64,000 bases of DNA from an uncultured Candidatus Rokubacteria bacterium (GTDB taxonomy: Bacteria > Methylomirabilota > Methylomirabilia > Rokubacteriales > CSP1-6). The notes under the pieces are model-generated. The model was not told where the DNA came from. It made no database searches and saw nothing but the letters and a program-made list of their open reading frames with translations. Made by a program: the position numbers and the translations under genes. This document shows, piece by piece, positions 28,256-39,207 of the stretch. Where the stretch lies: NCBI GenBank assembly GCA_963771355.1, contig CAVYTA010000006.1, forward strand, positions 1,056,001 to 1,120,000. Reading direction: 5' to 3'. Within the stretch, counting starts at the first letter, position 1. Each line of letters starts with the position of its first letter.

Positions 28256-29677
28256 TCAGGAAAACGCCGCCGCGCAGAAGCTGACCGTCCCCTCGGGGTC
28301 GGGCCACTGGCGGTAGCGGAGGAGGCGGCCGGGCGCTCCCGGGAGCACGCGAAGAAACGTGTAGATGGGGGAGAGCCCGCAGATGCGCCGCGCGTCGCCA
28401 TCGGCCGCCACCGACGCGAAGAAGGCGGGGGCGTCCGCGGCGATGACCGTCTCGAGCATGGCGCGATCCTCCCGCTCGACCTCGGCGAGGAAGGCCGACG
28501 TATTCGGCTCGGCGTCGCCGAAGCGCGGCCCCACGTGGGCCAGGTCCACCCCGCCCACCACGCAGACGCGGCGCGGAGAGGCAGCGAGCGTCTCGGCCAG
28601 GGCGCCGAGGAATCGCGGCACGCGCCCGTCGGCCTCGGCGCCCTTCCCCGTCCACACCGCCTCGTGCAGAAACGAGGCGAGCAGCGGCACCATGGTGAAG
28701 GGCCGGTCGCCGAGCGCCCAGCGCAGCATCACCGCCTGGAACTCGATGGAGTGCTCGACGCGATGCGCGCCTTCCGAGGCGAAGAGATCGCCGCCGTAGC
28801 GGCGGCCCAGCGCGTCGAGGAACTCGCGGTCCGCCGGCACCGGGCCCAGCGGCGTCTCGAAGGCCTTCACCGTGGCCGCGAACGGCTCCATCATGCCCGC
28901 GTGGCAGGTGCCCAGGACCACGAACAGGTCGGCATCGCATCGCTCCAGCACTTCCCGGTATGCCCACGCGTACACCGGCCCACCCCGGTGAAAATCAATA
29001 TGCGGCGCGAGGAGCCCGCGCAGTTGCGGGCTCCGAAGCCTCCCTATAGAGGTCGCCCCTTGGGGCGACCGTAGATCAAATCCAGGAGTTGCCGCCAACC
29101 CTTCCCGCGACGACGTCGGATCAAATCCAGGAGTTGCCGCCAACCCCTCCCACAACGACCCCGGATCAAATCTCCGAGTCGCCGCCGACTCCTCTCGCAA
29201 CGACGTCGGATCAAATCCCCGAGTCGCCGGCAACCCGTCGGGCGCCGATCCAGGCCCGTCGGCATCGGCGAAAAACCCCGCGATCTGCTCCCGCAGGGCC
29301 TCCGACTCGCCGGCATACGCCCCGCCCGCATGGGCCGCGGGCCGGGTGGGACTGGCCGCGAAGTCGGACTCGATACGCCGGCGGCGCTCGGCGAAGCGGG
29401 GGCTATCCAGGAAGCCCGCCTCGTCCAGTCGCTCCGCCACCGCGAGCACGTCCCCGGCGGTGAGGCCCCCGCCGTGCCGGGCGGCCACGATGTCGCGGAT
29501 CTCGTCGATCGCGTGATCGCCGTCGAACAGTGAGATCACGTCGAGAAGCGGCATGGGCAGCACCGCCACCTGGTCTGTGAAACCGGACGGATCGCGGAGG
29601 CCGATCATGCGCTGCCCGTCCTGCTGGAAGGGAAACGCCTCGAGCGAGCGAAGACGCGGCCGCTCGGGGAGGGTCAC
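28256..29677 (-). CDS. Memo-family (AmmeMemoRadiSam protein B) protein with N-terminal PqqD-like domain and internal repeat insertion
   Basis: HAGGAY, APHID, EHSIEFQ, DLAHVGPRFGD, ICG. Confidence 0.85.
   Translation of the reverse strand: MTLPERPRLRSLEAFPFQQDGQRMIGLRDPSGFTDQVAVLPMPLLDVISLFDGDHAIDEIRDIVAARHGGGLTAGDVLAVAERLDEAGFLDSPRFAERRRRIESDFAASPTRPAAHAGGAYAGESEALREQIAGFFADADGPGSAPDGLPATRGFDPTSLREESAATRRFDPGSLWEGLAATPGFDPTSSREGLAATPGFDLRSPQGATSIGRLRSPQLRGLLAPHIDFHRGGPVYAWAYREVLERCDADLFVVLGTCHAGMMEPFAATVKAFETPLGPVPADREFLDALGRRYGGDLFASEGAHRVEHSIEFQAVMLRWALGDRPFTMVPLLASFLHEAVWTGKGAEADGRVPRFLGALAETLAASPRRVCVVGGVDLAHVGPRFGDAEPNTSAFLAEVEREDRAMLETVIAADAPAFFASVAADGDARRICGLSPIYTFLRVLPGAPGRLLRYRQWPDPEGTVSFCAAAFS
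29044..29238. repeat. REP-like palindrome plus 4 x 45-bp tandem repeat, in frame inside the Memo gene
   Basis: GGTCGCCCC-TT-GGGGCGACC at 29051-29070; GATCAAATC recurs at 29074, 29119, 29164 and 29209. Confidence 0.9.
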
Positions 29678-30906
29678 TATCCTTCGAGGTAGTTGAGAGC
29701 CGATGCGGCGTAAATCTTCGCCGCGTCAATCAATTCGAGAACCTCTACGTACTCGTCCACCTGGTGGGGAATCTGCCGGTTTCCGGGCCCGCACGTCACG
29801 ATGGGCAGCCCCAGCTCCATGCGCAGGATGGTCCCGTCGGTGGAGCCCGGCACCCCACCCCAGCGCGGGGCACGCCCCGTGGCTCGACGGACGCCCGCCA
29901 TCATCGCCTGCACGAGAGGCTCGGCCTTGTCCACCTTGGTGGCGAGGCGAAAGGCATTCACCGGCTCCCACTCCACCTTGACGCCCTCGACCGCGGCCTC
30001 ACCGGCACGACACAGCGCCTCGAGCTCGGCATGCAGCTCGTCCTCGCCCACGCCCGGCGTGACCCGGACGTCGAGCGTCATCTCTCCTAGCGCCGGGATC
30101 ACGTTCGACTGCGGCACGCCCACACCGCGGGGCGGTGCCTGGACGATGGTGGGCGTCACGGTGGGCGGCCTGAGATAGGGGCTCTTCTCGCAGCGGCGGC
30201 GCAGGCGGCGCTCGAAGGCCGGCACCTCGTCCAGGATGGCCCCGAGCGCGGTGATGGGGTTGAGCCCCGCCTCGCGGATCGCCCCATGCGCCATCTTGCC
30301 GCGCACGCGGAAGCGGGCCCAGACCACGCCGCGCTGGACCAGGCAGAGCTCGTTCTCCTCGGGCTCGCAGATGATGGCCGCGTCCAGCTCACGACCCACC
30401 GCGGTGGTGACGAGGTGGCGGGCGCCGAGCATCCGGTCTTCCTCGTCCACGAGCGCGCCCACCACGAGCTTCCCCGGGGGCTCCACGCCGGCGCGACGAA
30501 AGGCGGCCGCGGCCACCATGGCGGCGGCCAGCCCACCCTTCATGTCGGCGGCCCCGCGCCCGTAGATGCGCCCGTCCACGAGCTCGGCGCCGAACGGCGG
30601 CCGGCTCCACGCCGCGGGATCGCCCTCGGTGACCACGTCGGTATGGCCCTCGAGGAGCAGGCTTCGCGTGCCGTTCCGCTTCTCGCCGAGCGTGCCGATG
30701 ACATTGGGCCGGCCGGGCGCGACGTGCTGGATCTCGACCGCGAAGCCTTCCCGTCGCAGCCAGGCCTCGACATGAGCCGCCACCTCGGCCTCGGTGGCAT
30801 CGGGAACGTCGGGGCGGTATACGCTGGGAATGCGGACGAGGGTGCGGGTGAGCTCCACCAGCTCGTCGGCGTCGATCTTGGCGAGGATGCTCTTGAGCGC
30901 GCTCAT
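29677..30906 (-). CDS. M20 family metallopeptidase (ArgE/DapE-like)
   Basis: GHTDVV, GRGAADMKGG, DEE, CEP, HQVDE. Confidence 0.92.
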   Translation of the reverse strand: MSALKSILAKIDADELVELTRTLVRIPSVYRPDVPDATEAEVAAHVEAWLRREGFAVEIQHVAPGRPNVIGTLGEKRNGTRSLLLEGHTDVVTEGDPAAWSRPPFGAELVDGRIYGRGAADMKGGLAAAMVAAAAFRRAGVEPPGKLVVGALVDEEDRMLGARHLVTTAVGRELDAAIICEPEENELCLVQRGVVWARFRVRGKMAHGAIREAGLNPITALGAILDEVPAFERRLRRRCEKSPYLRPPTVTPTIVQAPPRGVGVPQSNVIPALGEMTLDVRVTPGVGEDELHAELEALCRAGEAAVEGVKVEWEPVNAFRLATKVDKAEPLVQAMMAGVRRATGRAPRWGGVPGSTDGTILRMELGLPIVTCGPGNRQIPHQVDEYVEVLELIDAAKIYAASALNYLEG

Positions 30907-30913
30907 GTGATGA

Positions 30914-31636
30914 CTATAGGGCCCGCCTCGCCCAGTCCGCAAGGAAGCGGCGGGGAGCCAGCGAGATCCAGCCGTCCTCCGTCGCACCGACGCGCGTGTC
31001 CCAGCCCCGCACCGCCGCCCGCGCGGTGAGCGCGCAGACGGCGGCGGCACGCTCGTCGCGCTGACGCAGCTCCGCCAGCGCGGCCACGATCGCCGCGGCG
31101 CCGCGCGGGAAGAGGCGCGCGACGAGCCGGTCCAGCGCGCCCTCGCGCAGACAGCACGCCCAGTAGACCTGGCTCTTGTCTCCGCGCGGCACGCGGCCGG
31201 GACGGTGCTCGGGCAGCAGCGTGCGAAGAAACGCGGTCGGAAACGCCTCCACGCGGAGTGCCTCCGGATGGGCGCGGGCCAGTGCGCGCGCGATCCGGGT
31301 GGCTTCCGCGTGCAGACGCTGCCCCACCGGGGCGGTGACGGAGCCGGGCCGGCAGCGAAGGTGGAAGGGCGCGCACGTGAGGCGACGCTCGCACTCGCGG
31401 CCCGAGCGCAGGCGCCGGAGATCCGGGCGCAGCGGGCCGTCGATACCGATGCCGACCAGGCGCGCCCCGCCCAGCAGCACGTGGGCGGCGTGAAGTGTCT
31501 CCGACGCGCGCACGTGGACACTGCGGACGGGCACGGCGGCGGTGGGATCGATCAGGCAGAGGCCGGTGGTGGGACGCGAATGGGAGTAGCCGATGTCCAC
31601 GCCGAGCAGGACGCCGGCGGCGAGGCGGGGAGCCAG
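30914..31636 (-). CDS. DUF429-like RNase H-fold putative nuclease
   Basis: LLGVDIG...TGLC...IGIDGPL...R.CERRL...VEAFP...D..AAAVCAL. Start uncertain, possibly CTG at 31636. Confidence 0.7.
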   Translation of the reverse strand: MAPRLAAGVLLGVDIGYSHSRPTTGLCLIDPTAAVPVRSVHVRASETLHAAHVLLGGARLVGIGIDGPLRPDLRRLRSGRECERRLTCAPFHLRCRPGSVTAPVGQRLHAEATRIARALARAHPEALRVEAFPTAFLRTLLPEHRPGRVPRGDKSQVYWACCLREGALDRLVARLFPRGAAAIVAALAELRQRDERAAAVCALTARAAVRGWDTRVGATEDGWISLAPRRFLADWARRAL

Positions 31637-31644
31637 GGGAGCGG

Positions 31645-31947
31645 CTACTCCAGGGGAAAAGAGAGGATGACGGCGTCGAGCCGGATCACCCGGTGCTCTT
31701 CACCGCCGATGTAGAAATAGTGGCCCTCGACCTCCTCGGGGTTCTCCTCGAAGGCGACCACGGAGCGCACGGGCGGCATCTCACGGAACGCGTTGGCGCC
31801 CTCGTCGAACCCGTCGCCGCGGTTCACCACCTCGCCGTAGCGGATGGGAGAGCCCTTGGGACAGTGCACACGGACATCCGCGGGCGGCTCGGCCAGGAGA
31901 CGGACGAGAAGATTGATTCCGAAGACCTGGAACTGGATGTCACTCAT
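31645..31947 (-). CDS. Hypothetical protein (100 aa)
   Basis: ORF with host-like codon usage inside the operon. Confidence 0.7.
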   Translation of the reverse strand: MSDIQFQVFGINLLVRLLAEPPADVRVHCPKGSPIRYGEVVNRGDGFDEGANAFREMPPVRSVVAFEENPEEVEGHYFYIGGEEHRVIRLDAVILSFPLE

Positions 31948-31959
31948 ATCGTTATCGTA

Positions 31960-33159
31960 TCACAGCGGCTCGACGCCGGGCTCGGGGGGGAGCAGCGATT
32001 GCTGGGCGTCCCGGCCTTCGGCGGCCCGCCCGATGGCGCCGAGCTTGGCCTCGAAGCGCGCCAGCGCCCGCTCCGCGTCGGTGTACTGCTTCTGCGCGTT
32101 TCCCAGGTGCGCGCCCAGCTTGCCCATGTGCTCCTGCATGCGCCCGAGGTCGACGGTGAGGCGCGCCAGGTCGTCCTGGATGTCCCGGGCATTGGCCTCG
32201 ATGCGCAGGCCCCGCAGCCCGAGCACGATCACTTGAAGGTAGGCGTAGAAGCTGTTGGGCGACACCGGAATCACCCGGCGGGCCAGCGCGTAGGACGAGA
32301 TGGGCTCCTCGTCGCCCTCGTCGGGACTCACGATGATCTCGTAGTACACGTTCTCGGCGGGCACGTACATGAGCGCGAAGTCGAAGGTCCCCTCGTCGGC
32401 CAGGATGTACTTCTTGGCGATCTCGTCCACGCGCTGCTTGACGTCCCGGCCGAACGCCTTGCGCAGCGGACGGCGCTTGTCGTCCTCGGGCTCCTCCAGC
32501 ATGCGCCGGAAGTTCTCGAGGGGGAACTTGGCGTCCACCGGAACCATGCGGCCGCCCACCAGGACCACCGCGTCCACCCGTTCGCCGGAGCGGAAGCCGT
32601 ACTGCAACGACCAGTGCTCGCGGGGCAGCATCTGGGCGAGCACCTGCTCGAGCAGCGTCTCGCCGAGGCCGCCGCGGATCTTGGGCGAGCGGAGCACCTG
32701 CTCGAGCCCCTGGAGCTCGCGGCCCACGTCGGCCACGCGCTGGGTCGCCTCGCCCAGCTTGCCCAGGCTCCCCTGCACCTCGCCCACCACCTGCGCGGCG
32801 CGGTCGAGGCGATCGCCCATGGTGGTCTGCGCGGACTGGAACAATCGCATCCCGTCGGAGAGCTGCCGCGTCACCTCGGCGCTGACCCCTTTGAGCTCGC
32901 CGGCGAGCGCGAGGCGCAGCGCCCCCAGCTCCTCGCGAACGCGGCCACCCAGATCGCCGACCTCCTGGCGCAGGCCGTCCTGGCCCGCGCGGCCCTCCGT
33001 GCGCACGGCCTCGATCTGCCGCTGCAGCAGCTCGGCCACGGGATCGGGTCCCGGCCGGCGGGCAGCGTCGAGGTCCCGCCGCACCCCCGCCAGCACCCAC
33101 GCGAGAGCGACCAGCCCCCCCACCAGGACGACGACGAGCGCGACCTCGAGCGGCGTCAT
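31960..33159 (-). CDS. rmuC: DNA recombination protein RmuC
   Basis: N-terminal TM plus coiled coil; RGGLGE; VDAKFPL; DFALMYVPAE. Confidence 0.92.
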   Translation of the reverse strand: MTPLEVALVVVLVGGLVALAWVLAGVRRDLDAARRPGPDPVAELLQRQIEAVRTEGRAGQDGLRQEVGDLGGRVREELGALRLALAGELKGVSAEVTRQLSDGMRLFQSAQTTMGDRLDRAAQVVGEVQGSLGKLGEATQRVADVGRELQGLEQVLRSPKIRGGLGETLLEQVLAQMLPREHWSLQYGFRSGERVDAVVLVGGRMVPVDAKFPLENFRRMLEEPEDDKRRPLRKAFGRDVKQRVDEIAKKYILADEGTFDFALMYVPAENVYYEIIVSPDEGDEEPISSYALARRVIPVSPNSFYAYLQVIVLGLRGLRIEANARDIQDDLARLTVDLGRMQEHMGKLGAHLGNAQKQYTDAERALARFEAKLGAIGRAAEGRDAQQSLLPPEPGVEPL

Positions 33160-34076
33160 GCCGGGCGGTCCAGGGGGCGCCAGCCGCGCCAGTGCACGCA
33201 GACCGGCCGGAGACCGCAGGGCGCGCAGACCACAGCGTCCCGCCGGCCCGGACAGTCACCCGACATGCGCTTGTGGCAGAGCGCGAAGTCGTACTTCACC
33301 GGGTCGGCGGGATCCAGCAGCCGGAGCCGACTCGTGATCTCCTCCGCCATGACCCAGTTGCGGGTCCGGCGGCGGGTGAGCCCCACCGCGCGCGCCATGT
33401 GCTCGATGTGCGTGTCCACGGGGATGACCAGGGCCGCCGGCGGGACCCGCGTCCACAGCCCGAAGTCGGGCGGCTCCCGGCGAATCATCCAGCGGAGGAA
33501 CAGCAACAGGCGCTTGCACGCCCCTCCGGTGGAGGGACGCGGGAACAAGTGCTGGTACCCATACGAAAAGCGGCCGCGAGGGAACAGCGCCGCGATCCTC
33601 GGCGAGCGGAACTCGCCCACGAAGCGCTCCAGCGCGGGCCCCACCGTGGCGTCCTCCGGGGAATAGCCGGCCGTGAAGAAGGCGCCCAGCGAGTCGTGGG
33701 CGCGCAGGATGCCGCCGGCGGCCGCGCAGAAGGCGACCAGATCGCGCGGACGGTTGAACCGATAGTGGAAGCCGGCGAAGGCATCGCCCTGCCGGGCGGC
33801 GTCGAACTCGAGGGTGAACCGGTGCGGGGACGGGCCCATCCGCTCGAGCGCCCACGCCACCCACGGACCGAAAAGGCTCACGCGGCCGTAGGCGAGGCAC
33901 GCGGCGAGAAGCGCGACCACTTCCCGGTCTCGCGGGTCGGCGTAACCGAGGGGATAGCGGATGGCGTCGGCGGGCGTGCGGACGGCCCAGTCGAACTCCC
34001 GGTACAGGCGCTCCAGCGGGGACTTGAGGCGGTCGGGCGTGCGGAGCGGGCGGCGGTGCGACGAAGCCATCGACAT
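33156..34076 (-). CDS. TIGR02757/DUF2400 family protein
   Basis: ACKRLLLFLRWMIR, DFGLW, IPVDTH, DPVKYDFAL. Confidence 0.88.
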   Translation of the reverse strand: MSMASSHRRPLRTPDRLKSPLERLYREFDWAVRTPADAIRYPLGYADPRDREVVALLAACLAYGRVSLFGPWVAWALERMGPSPHRFTLEFDAARQGDAFAGFHYRFNRPRDLVAFCAAAGGILRAHDSLGAFFTAGYSPEDATVGPALERFVGEFRSPRIAALFPRGRFSYGYQHLFPRPSTGGACKRLLLFLRWMIRREPPDFGLWTRVPPAALVIPVDTHIEHMARAVGLTRRRTRNWVMAEEITSRLRLLDPADPVKYDFALCHKRMSGDCPGRRDAVVCAPCGLRPVCVHWRGWRPLDRPA

Positions 34077-34154
34077 CGCGATTCTAGCATGGGCCCGCGC
34101 CGAAATTCCTTGACTCGGCCTTCGCCGCCGCTGTATTGCGGACTGGAGACGCGC

Positions 34155-35987
<1,833 letters not shown>

Positions 35988-36211
35988 TGCATTCGCGAGC
36001 GGAGCGAGCCCGGCGAGCCGCCGCCCGCAGTGGGAGCCGCAGCCGGAGGCGAGGCGACCCGCCGGTGATCGAGGCGAGCGGATACATGATGCATTCGCGA
36101 GCGGAGCGAGCGCCCGCCGGAGCCTGAACGCGCTTGCCGCGGGCGCGCGCCCGCTGCTATCATGTGGCGGCTTCCACGGCCCACACCGTTCGTTCAGCGG
36201 AGGCGACACCC

Positions 36212-37162
36212 ATGCGCAAGGTCACGATCCTCGTGTCTCTGGCCGCCATTGTTCTCACCGCGGCCTCCACCCTGCCCGCCGCCTATCCCGACCGCCCGGT
36301 GAAGCTCATCGTGCCGTGGGCGGCCGGCGGCGACACCGACAACATCTTCCGCCCCTTCGGCCAGCCCTTCCAGAAGGCGCTGGGCGCCACCGTCGTCATC
36401 GCCAACGTGGGCGGGGCGTCGGGGACGGTGGGCGCCCGCGAGGCGAAGGGCTCGCCACCGGACGGCTACACGCTCTACGCCGTGCATGACTATATCCACT
36501 CGACCTACTACACGGGGGTGTCGGACGTCGCGTACACGGACTTCGAGCCCGTGTGCCTGATCTCCTCCACGCCGTCCGTACTCACCGCCAGCCCCAAGAC
36601 CAAGTGGTCATCCTGGCAGGAGCTCCTCGGCGACGCCAAGGCGCGCCCCGGCCAGATCACGGTGGGGGCGACGCTCGGCTCCACCAGCCACTTCTTCCCC
36701 GCCCTCGTCGAGAAGGCCGCGGGCATCAAGTTCAAGTACGTCTCCTACGAGGGGCTGGCGCCGCGGATGAATGCCATCCTGGGCGGGCACATCGACCTCA
36801 CCGACAGCAACCTCACCCAGAAGGGCAAGGTGGACGCAGGGCAGCTCAAGTTCCTCGCCATCGCCACCGAGAAGCGGAGCCCCGATCTGCCCTCCGTGCC
36901 CACCCTCAAGGAGCTCGGCCTCAACGTGGTGTTCTCGGTGGAGCGCGGGATCATGGCGCCGAAGGGCACGCCGGGGGACGTGCTCGTCAAGCTCGAGGGC
37001 GCGTGCGCGCAGGCGGTCAAGGATCCCGCCTTCGCCGACTCGATGAAGAAGCAGGGGACGGATGTCCGCTTCCTCGACCGGAAGGGCTACACCGCCTACC
37101 TCGAGAAGCTCGACACGCTGAACAAGGACCTGGCACGCGACCTCGGGCTCCTCAAGCGGTAG
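36212..37162 (+). CDS. tctC: Tripartite tricarboxylate transporter substrate-binding protein
   Basis: YPDRPVKLIVPWAAGGDTD...PPDGYTL...VPTLKELG. Confidence 0.9.
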   Translation: MRKVTILVSLAAIVLTAASTLPAAYPDRPVKLIVPWAAGGDTDNIFRPFGQPFQKALGATVVIANVGGASGTVGAREAKGSPPDGYTLYAVHDYIHSTYYTGVSDVAYTDFEPVCLISSTPSVLTASPKTKWSSWQELLGDAKARPGQITVGATLGSTSHFFPALVEKAAGIKFKYVSYEGLAPRMNAILGGHIDLTDSNLTQKGKVDAGQLKFLAIATEKRSPDLPSVPTLKELGLNVVFSVERGIMAPKGTPGDVLVKLEGACAQAVKDPAFADSMKKQGTDVRFLDRKGYTAYLEKLDTLNKDLARDLGLLKR

Positions 37163-37169
37163 CGCCCGG

Positions 37170-37655
37170 ATGCTCGGGCGCGACGGCGTCGCGGGGCTCG
37201 CGTGCCTCGCGGGAAGCCTCTGGCTCCTCGCGCTGACGCGCGGCCTCCCGCAGCCGGCTCTCGTGCCCGTGGGGCCGGGCTTCTATCCCCGCATCGTTCT
37301 CACCGTGACCGCAGTCCTGAGCGCGGTGCTGGTCGCCGTCGATCTCCTCGCTCGCCGCCGCGCCCGGGGCGGCGCGGGCGCGCCGGCCGCACCCGCGGGG
37401 GCGCCCCGCAACGCGCGCCTGGTGGCGGTCACCTTCGCGGTCTTCGCGGGTTACGTGGTGCTCATGCCCCTCGTCGGCTTCCGCCCTTCCACGGCACTCT
37501 TCGTGCTGGCGCTCCAGGCCGCCCTCGAGCCCGAGCCCCGCCGCCACTGGCTCCGGATCGTGCTGGTGGCGGCGATCAGCGTCTGGCTCACCCATCTGGT
37601 CTTCGAAGGCTATCTCTCCGTGCTCCTGCCCCGTGGCCGCTGGACGGGGTTCTAG
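37170..37655 (+). CDS. tctB: Tripartite tricarboxylate transporter small permease
   Basis: GPGFYP; 4 TM helices; LLPRG end. Confidence 0.85.
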   Translation: MLGRDGVAGLACLAGSLWLLALTRGLPQPALVPVGPGFYPRIVLTVTAVLSAVLVAVDLLARRRARGGAGAPAAPAGAPRNARLVAVTFAVFAGYVVLMPLVGFRPSTALFVLALQAALEPEPRRHWLRIVLVAAISVWLTHLVFEGYLSVLLPRGRWTGF

Positions 37656-37657
37656 GG

Positions 37658-39187
37658 GTGTTCGAGCTGCTCGGGGCGAGCCTCCTGGACGTCGCCCAGC
37701 TCAAGTACCTCGTCCCGCTCTTTCTCGGCACCCTCGCCGGCGTTATCGGGGGCGCACTGCCCGGCGTCACCATCACCATGACCATCATCCTGGTGCTGCC
37801 GTTCACCTTCGGGCTCGACCCCCTCCAGGGGCTCGCCGCCATGACCGGCGTGTACGTCGGCGGGGAATGCGGCGGGCTCATCACCGCCTGCCTGATCGGG
37901 ATCCCGGGGACACCCTCGGCCATCGCGACCATGTTCGACGGCTTCCCCATGGCCCGGAAAGGCGAGCCGGGCCGCGCGATATGGCTCGGGGTGTGGGCGT
38001 CGGTCGCGGGCGGGCTACTCGGCGCGATCTTCCTCATCGCCGCCACCGGCCCCCTCGCCGCTTTCGCGCTCGAGTTCGGCCCCTGGGAGTACTTCTCCCT
38101 CTTCATCCTCGCCCTCAGCATGGTGGCGGGGCTGACGGAGGCCTCCCTGCTCAAGGGCCTCCTCGCCGGGGCCATCGGCATGGTCATCACCATCGTCGGG
38201 GCCGATCCCATCATGGCGGTGCCGCGCTTCACCCTGGGCACGGAGTTCCTGCGCGGAGGCTTTCCCTTCCTCCCCGTCCTCATCGGCATCTTCGCCTTCG
38301 CCCAGATCATCGCCGACGTCGAGAAGATGGGGCCGGCGGGCGGGGCCGTGCCCACGCCCGTGGCCGCCCCGAGCCTGGCCGTGTCCCACCTCGCCGTCAT
38401 CGGCGAGATCGTCTCGCGGCCGGTCCTGCTCCTCTGGTCCACTCTCATCGGCCTGCTCATCGGCGTCCTCCCCGCCATCGGCGGCAGCGCGGCGAATATC
38501 ATGGCCTACGACCAGGCCAAGAAGTTCTCCAAGCACCCCGAGCGCTTCGGCACCGGCATACCGGAAGGCATCATCGCCTCCGAGTCGTCCAACAACTCCA
38601 ACGTGGCGGGCTCGCTGGTGACCATCATGGCCTTCGGCATCCCCGGCGACGCGGTCACCGCGGTCATGCTCGGGGCCATGATCATCCACGGCATCCAGCC
38701 GGGCCCGCTCTTCATCTCCCAGGAGCCCCGGATCGCCTACGGGATCTTCGCCGCCTACCTCCTCGCCCATCCGCTCGCGGTGGTGATCATCGCGCTCGGA
38801 ACCCGGATGTTCCTTCGAATCGTGACCGTGCCCAAGTCCGCCCTCATCTCGGTGGTGCTCGTGCTCTGCACGGTGGGGGCCTACGCGCTCAACAACATCA
38901 TGGACAATGTGTGGGTGCTCTTGATCTTCGGGCTCTTCGGCTACGCGCTGGTGAAGTTCGGCTTTCCGCTGGCGCCGCTCATCCTGGGGGTGATCCTGGG
39001 CGACCAGATCGAGGTGAACCTGGTGCGCGCCATCATGACCGACGCGAACCCGTGGCTCTTTTTCACCCGCCCCATCTCGGGCGCTCTGATCGCGCTGTCC
39101 GTCGCCTCCGTGGTCCTGGCCGTCTGGCAGCACCACCGCACCCAGTCCCGCCTCGCCAAGGCCCCCGAAGTCGACGTAGACTTCTAG
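37658..39187 (+). CDS. tctA: Tripartite tricarboxylate transporter large permease
   Basis: GALPG, IPGTPSAIATMFDGFPMA, ESSNN, GIPGD, PGP. Confidence 0.92.
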   Translation: MFELLGASLLDVAQLKYLVPLFLGTLAGVIGGALPGVTITMTIILVLPFTFGLDPLQGLAAMTGVYVGGECGGLITACLIGIPGTPSAIATMFDGFPMARKGEPGRAIWLGVWASVAGGLLGAIFLIAATGPLAAFALEFGPWEYFSLFILALSMVAGLTEASLLKGLLAGAIGMVITIVGADPIMAVPRFTLGTEFLRGGFPFLPVLIGIFAFAQIIADVEKMGPAGGAVPTPVAAPSLAVSHLAVIGEIVSRPVLLLWSTLIGLLIGVLPAIGGSAANIMAYDQAKKFSKHPERFGTGIPEGIIASESSNNSNVAGSLVTIMAFGIPGDAVTAVMLGAMIIHGIQPGPLFISQEPRIAYGIFAAYLLAHPLAVVIIALGTRMFLRIVTVPKSALISVVLVLCTVGAYALNNIMDNVWVLLIFGLFGYALVKFGFPLAPLILGVILGDQIEVNLVRAIMTDANPWLFFTRPISGALIALSVASVVLAVWQHHRTQSRLAKAPEVDVDF

Positions 39188-39207
39188 CAACCCGCGAGGA
39201 GGGTCCA

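Noticed and set aside
29074..29238. CRISPR array
   Set aside because: Whole 45-bp units are similar, with no unique spacers. The array is in frame within a CDS and no cas genes are nearby.
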